32,000 bases of DNA from the NCBI RefSeq assembly GCF_003428155.1, contig NZ_QLIR01000004.1, positions 94,050 through 126,049 of the forward strand, read 5' to 3'. A model generated the notes under the pieces. The model ran no database searches and was not told where the DNA came from. It saw nothing but the letters and a program-made list of their open reading frames with translations. The translations under genes and the position numbers were made by a program. Source of the DNA: Fastidiosibacter lacustris. Its GTDB lineage: Bacteria > Pseudomonadota > Gammaproteobacteria > Francisellales > Francisellaceae. Positions 27,983-32,000 of this stretch are shown piece by piece. Each line of letters starts with the position of its first letter. Position 1 is the first letter of the stretch.

Positions 27983-29257
27983 ATGAATCATAATCAGAAA
28001 ATGAGCCTTATTGGCGTAATTATTTGGATTGTGTGTGCGTTATTTTTTATGTATGAGTTCTTGCTCAGAACGATCTTAGGAACCTTTGAACATACGATTG
28101 TTCAAGATTTAAATTTAAATTTGATAAGTTTTGCTATTTTAAGCTCAACAGCATATCAAATGGCATATGGTTTGATGCAGCTTCCTGTTGGTTTTATCAC
28201 TGATCGCTTTGGTCTTAAGAGAACCTTGTTTTTTGCAACAGTATTTTGCGCTTTTGCGGTGATTGGATTTGGCATGAGCTTAGGCTTTAATAGTGCTTTG
28301 ATTTTTCGAGTATTAATGGGTATCGGCTCTTCTTTTGGTTTTATCTGTTTGTTAGTTGCAGTTTATGACTGGATGCCGCGCCAACATATTGCTTTATGTA
28401 TTGGTCTATCACAATTTATCGGAACCATGGGTCCTATGCTTGCAGCCGGTCCTTTAAATGCTTTATCGACACACTCTGAACTCTCTTGGCGATTTATTTT
28501 TTATATGCTGGGGGTGGTGGGGCTTATCATTGCAATTATTGCGTTATTAATTGTTCGCAATAATAATGACTATACAGCCAGTTTCCGTATTTTAAAGCGC
28601 CCTGAGCCACTTACAAATAGTTTGTTATTGTTAGTGCGTGAACCACAGGTTTGGTATATTGCTCTTTATTCTTCGTGTGTTTACTTTGCAATTGAATATT
28701 TTTCTGAAAATAGTGGCAAGGCTTTTTTAATGTTAAATGGCTATAGTTCGACTATTTCTTCGTATATGCTGACAATATCGTGGTTAGGTTATGCAATTGG
28801 TTGCCCATTATTAGGATTCTTTTCAGATCGAATGAGTAAGCGTAAGCTTATTATGAATATTGCTGCAATTTGTGTTTTGTCCTCAGCAATTTTTATTACT
28901 TATTTCCCATTTAATACAGTTATTACCAGTATTGCATTTTTTTGTTTAGGGGTAGGTGCCAGTGGGCAAAGTATTGGTTTTGCGATTATGGCTGAGCAAT
29001 GCAATAATAATTACCTGGCTGCGGGATTAGGATTAAATAACGGTATGGTTATGTTGGTTACGTCATTAATGGCACCAGTTATTGGTGGTATGCTATCATG
29101 GCTAGCACAAGGGAATGAACTTAGCGTTCAGAATTATCAAACTGGATTCTTGTTGATTCTGATTTTGATGCTAAGCGCTCTCCTTATATCAGTTTTTTTA
29201 ATTAAAGAGACATTTTGTAAGTCAACCAAAGAAACAACAAAACTCCACTTGAAATGA
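27983..29257 (+). CDS. Major facilitator superfamily transporter
   Basis: 'YQMAYGLMQLPVGFITDRFGLKRTLFFATVFCAFAVIGFGMS' and about 12 hydrophobic segments; 'FFSDRMSKRKLIMNI' loop. Confidence 0.9.
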   Translation: MNHNQKMSLIGVIIWIVCALFFMYEFLLRTILGTFEHTIVQDLNLNLISFAILSSTAYQMAYGLMQLPVGFITDRFGLKRTLFFATVFCAFAVIGFGMSLGFNSALIFRVLMGIGSSFGFICLLVAVYDWMPRQHIALCIGLSQFIGTMGPMLAAGPLNALSTHSELSWRFIFYMLGVVGLIIAIIALLIVRNNNDYTASFRILKRPEPLTNSLLLLVREPQVWYIALYSSCVYFAIEYFSENSGKAFLMLNGYSSTISSYMLTISWLGYAIGCPLLGFFSDRMSKRKLIMNIAAICVLSSAIFITYFPFNTVITSIAFFCLGVGASGQSIGFAIMAEQCNNNYLAAGLGLNNGMVMLVTSLMAPVIGGMLSWLAQGNELSVQNYQTGFLLILILMLSALLISVFLIKETFCKSTKETTKLHLK

Positions 29258-29679
29258 ATATCGATAAAATTGAAATTAAATCTTCACGCTTAAAAACTAT
29301 CTTGATTGCATTTCTGTTTATAAGTTGTGCACTTATGATTGTTGTACTTTTTCGGCATAGCCTTTTGTATTTAGCTCTGATATTATGGTGGATTGCACTT
29401 ATTGGTTTTTTGATCGATTGGCGTTATCGTCCAAGGATTAGTTGTCTGACTTTAACAGAGACACAATCACATAAAAAAATGAATATACTCTACGGTCAAA
29501 GCTGGATAAATGACGTGAGAATAAAGCGCTATTTGTTTTTGGCTGGTAACATTTACCTTGAATGTGAAATGGGGTTCAAAAACAAGTCTTGCAAAAAAGT
29601 AAGTATATGGTTGTTTAAAGATAATTTTTATTCTGCTCAAGATAATTATGCCTTGGTGAGGTTTTTAATGTTAAGTTAA
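29254..29679 (+). CDS. Small two-TM membrane protein (possibly YgfX/CptA-like)
   Basis: ORF overlaps the MFS stop by 4 bp (ATGA); two adjacent TMs (TILIAFLFISCALMIVVLF, LLYLALILWWIALIGFLI) then a soluble domain. Family assignment tentative. Confidence 0.55.
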   Translation: MNIDKIEIKSSRLKTILIAFLFISCALMIVVLFRHSLLYLALILWWIALIGFLIDWRYRPRISCLTLTETQSHKKMNILYGQSWINDVRIKRYLFLAGNIYLECEMGFKNKSCKKVSIWLFKDNFYSAQDNYALVRFLMLS

Positions 29680-29774
29680 TTTCATTAACTGTAAGTTACT
29701 TATATGTTAATTTTATTTTAATTTAAATGAATTATTCTTAATAAATTAACATACAAAAAATTGTAATATCGTCG

Positions 29775-30539
29775 ATGAGTATTTTAAAAAGGTTTTTATT
29801 TTCAGCCTCATTGTTAATATTATCGAATTTCGTATTTGCTGATTCATATAGTCATATTACTATCAAAATTTATAATAATTCTTATGGCAACTTCGAAGTT
29901 GATCAACCACATTTTTATAATGGGCATTTAGATTCGAATCAACCAGAGAAAGGAAATGCATTAATGGCATTTTCTGCAACTTCGCCTGATGGTAGAGGTG
30001 GAAACAGCAGAGTATCTGGATTCATTAATATAACATTAAATGGATCAGTTGCATTTAGTTGCGATTTTAATAGGGATATTCATGCAAGCCCAGAGCATTT
30101 AGAAGTTAACTGTGATAAAAAGATATCTGATGAAACATATAAAATTAGTGTTGCGGGTGGTGGAAGCGGTGATATAACAATTAGTTACCCAGATACAATT
30201 ATTCCATTTCATTTTTATTCTCTTGGACTTGGTAATATTTCAATAATAGCTTGTTCAGAAAGTGCTACGTCATTAAATGATCACCTTTATCAAAACCCCT
30301 GTCAAGGTAATATAGAAGGGAAAAAAATTATGGTTCAATTTTCTAATACGCCCAACATATGTAGTTTTACTATAGACAAAGACATGAATTCGAATATAGA
30401 TTGTGGGAATGGTATTATTGCACGCTATATAAAAAGTAAAAGCACTATTCTTTTTTTATGTGAACAAAAAACTGCTGGTGGATCTTCTTGTCCTTGGATT
30501 GACCTTGTTAATAATAAATCTAATTTGAATTTTTTTTAA
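29775..30539 (+). CDS. Secreted protein of unknown function
   Basis: Signal peptide MSILKRFLFSASLLILSNFVFA-DS; Asn-rich, six or more Cys, beta-rich composition. Confidence 0.6.
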   Translation: MSILKRFLFSASLLILSNFVFADSYSHITIKIYNNSYGNFEVDQPHFYNGHLDSNQPEKGNALMAFSATSPDGRGGNSRVSGFINITLNGSVAFSCDFNRDIHASPEHLEVNCDKKISDETYKISVAGGGSGDITISYPDTIIPFHFYSLGLGNISIIACSESATSLNDHLYQNPCQGNIEGKKIMVQFSNTPNICSFTIDKDMNSNIDCGNGIIARYIKSKSTILFLCEQKTAGGSSCPWIDLVNNKSNLNFF

Positions 30540-30541
30540 AA

Positions 30542-31334
30542 AATGGTTCTCTTGCAGACTCAAGAGTTGTTTACACATAGGGTGACAGTAATACGTCGGT
30601 GAACCGGTAGTGACTTATGGCGGTGAGCGTGAATCGTTAATGGCAGGAGGATCAAGAATGCAAACTGCTAACGGCATAACTTACAATAATGCTGGTGTTG
30701 TTGATCAACAGCCTTTTGATTTTAGAAGTGGGCAAACGGTGTCAACGGGATTGTCGCAAACACAAGCTGACTTTGTACTGATGTTTATTTAAATTGGTAT
30801 CGAGAAAATGCAGCAAGCATTGATTTAAGAGCGCAAACTGAAATCAATAGCAATGATCAACGCTTTAATAACGGTAAAGATATAATTGATACTGAAAAAG
30901 AAGCCAATCATCGCCAAGTTGACAAAGAAAGCAGTATTAATCAAAGCAACCTTGAGTATGATATTCATCAAAGACGAGGAGAAACAATGCAATCGACGAT
31001 TAGCACCTATGATCAATTAAATCAAGCCACATTAGCAGAAATGCGTAGACTTGGTTTAACTGCTGATCAAGCGCCTGTGATTGATCAGCCTAAAAATCCA
31101 TTTGATTTTGAGCGTCCAGATATGATTAAAATAGATCAAACAAATCAAAAGGTTAATGAACAATCACAAGTCGTTTTAAATGAAAAAAATAAAATGGCAA
31201 ATGATGTACAACATAATGTTGATAGAGGTTTAATTTCAATCACAAAAGAATACAGAGATTTACATAATAAGGAGCGAACAGAAGAGAAAGATAAAATGCT
31301 TAAAAATCCAATGCTACCGCCATCATTGCAATAA
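30542..31334 (+). pseudogene. Frameshifted remnant, possibly a large conjugative-transfer (TraG-like) gene C-terminus
   Basis: Coherent protein-like text continues across three frames: 'NGSLADSRVVYT*GDSNTSVNR' then 'VTYGGERESLMAGGSRMQTANGITYNNAGVVDQQPFDFRSGQTVSTGLSQTQADFV' then 'LNWYRENAASIDLRAQTEINSNDQRFNNG...IDQTNQKVNEQSQVVLNEKNKMANDVQHNVDRGL...MLPPSLQ*'. Pseudogene status is better supported than identity. Confidence 0.55.
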
Positions 31335-31349
31335 AAAGTATCAGTAGTT

Positions 31350-31646
31350 TTATAAAAATCTAAAATGACGAGACATATAGGCTTTGATTGTTGGCATACC
31401 TGCTTTGTAAGCAAAAAAGTAAGATAGTCCTATGGTTGAAAACCCAATTATAAAAAATGGGATTACAAAGCTACCAAAGCGGTCGTCTATCAAAATTGCT
31501 CCAAAAATTGATAACATAACGAAAACAAAACATAGTGCAGTGCCTATAGAAATCACAGCAAAATACCTAATCTGTATTAGTCTAGATATAATCTGACATT
31601 CATCTTGACTTAGATGAGGTTGCCTGTTTTGATAAACGTGAAACAA
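31350..31646 (-). CDS. Small membrane protein of unknown function
   Basis: 98-aa ORF with two hydrophobic stretches (YFAVISIGTALCFVFVMLSIFGAILI; GSFVIPFFIIGFSTIGLSYFFAY). Confidence 0.4.
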   Translation of the reverse strand: MFHVYQNRQPHLSQDECQIISRLIQIRYFAVISIGTALCFVFVMLSIFGAILIDDRFGSFVIPFFIIGFSTIGLSYFFAYKAGMPTIKAYMSRHFRFL

Positions 31647-31663
31647 AATAAATCAAAAACAGG
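31623..31663. repeat. Inverted repeat before the IS481-like transposase (CCTGTTTTGAT ... ATCAAAAACAGG)
   Basis: 11/12-nt arms, one extra A in the right arm, ending 9 bp before the transposase ATG. Confidence 0.6.
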
Positions 31664-31672
31664 AGCAACCTC

Positions 31673-32000
31673 ATGTTGGATACTAATAATAAATTCATCA
31701 AAAATAAAGTCGGTTTGTTAAATTTAGCAGAGGAATTAGGAAATATTTCCAAAGCATGCAAAGTAATGGGTTTCTCACGTGAAACCTTTTATCGTTATCA
31801 AGAAGCGGTAAAAGATGGTGGTGTTGAAGCTTTACTGGATAAAAACAGACGTGTACCTAATTTCAAAAACCGCGTTGATGAAGTAATTGAAAAAGCCGTT
31901 ATTGAATATGCGATTGAATACCCTGCCTATGGACAACTACGTGCCAGTAATGAGTTAAGAAAACAAGGCATATTTGTTTCTCCTAGTGGCGTTCGCTCGA
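31673..32000 (+). mobile_element. IS481-family-like transposase, 5' part, truncated by window end (no stop in window)
   Basis: Translation MLDTNNKFIKNKVGLLNLAEELGNISKACKVMGFSRETFYRYQEAVKDGGVEALLDKNRRVPNFKNRVDEVIEKAVIEYAIEYPAYGQLRASNELRKQGIFVSPSGVRS is typical of IS481 HTH N-termini. Confidence 0.82.

Noticed and set aside
27596-27991. 131-aa minus-strand ORF overlapping the aspartoacylase-family gene
   Set aside because: Shadow ORF of a supported CDS; no family resemblance.

Overview
This window looks like gammaproteobacterial chromosome: core housekeeping blocks with an accessory stretch at about 6.1-17.2 kb and another at the right end. Core blocks, left to right: 3' part of atpD plus atpC; a stand-alone aspartokinase-domain gene (minus); ssb; a VanX-type dipeptidase; a SnoaL-like/LuxR-HTH protein; a POT-family transporter; later pcm-like - tolC - yqhA-like - sufE - hemD - hemX - hemY - MBL hydrolase - mazG - an orphan sensor histidine kinase; then an aspartoacylase-family protein and an MFS transporter. 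Accessory content: a SAM methyltransferase, a 2026-aa lipoprotein with a near-identical 309-bp tandem repeat and two DUF1566/Lcl_C-type domains, two secreted single-domain DUF1566 paralogues, a YhcG/DUF1016 nuclease and a convergent MazE/MazF-type pair. The right end has a secreted protein of unknown function, a frameshifted relic that may derive from a conjugation gene, and the 5' part of an IS481-like transposase cut by the window edge. Most notable observations: (i) a decayed metB-like C-terminus 4 bp upstream of the kinase-only ORF, which looks like an eroding metB-metL operon; (ii) a four-domain DUF1566 cluster over three genes next to a large modular lipoprotein; (iii) a non-coding interval at 6.16-6.52 kb with an IS605/omega-RNA-like right-end relic, a 10-bp tandem array and a long near-perfect hairpin; (iv) a YhcG + MazEF candidate defence/TA islet. 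No CRISPR array, rRNA or tRNA was recognised. All assignments come from reading translated sequence, with no database search.
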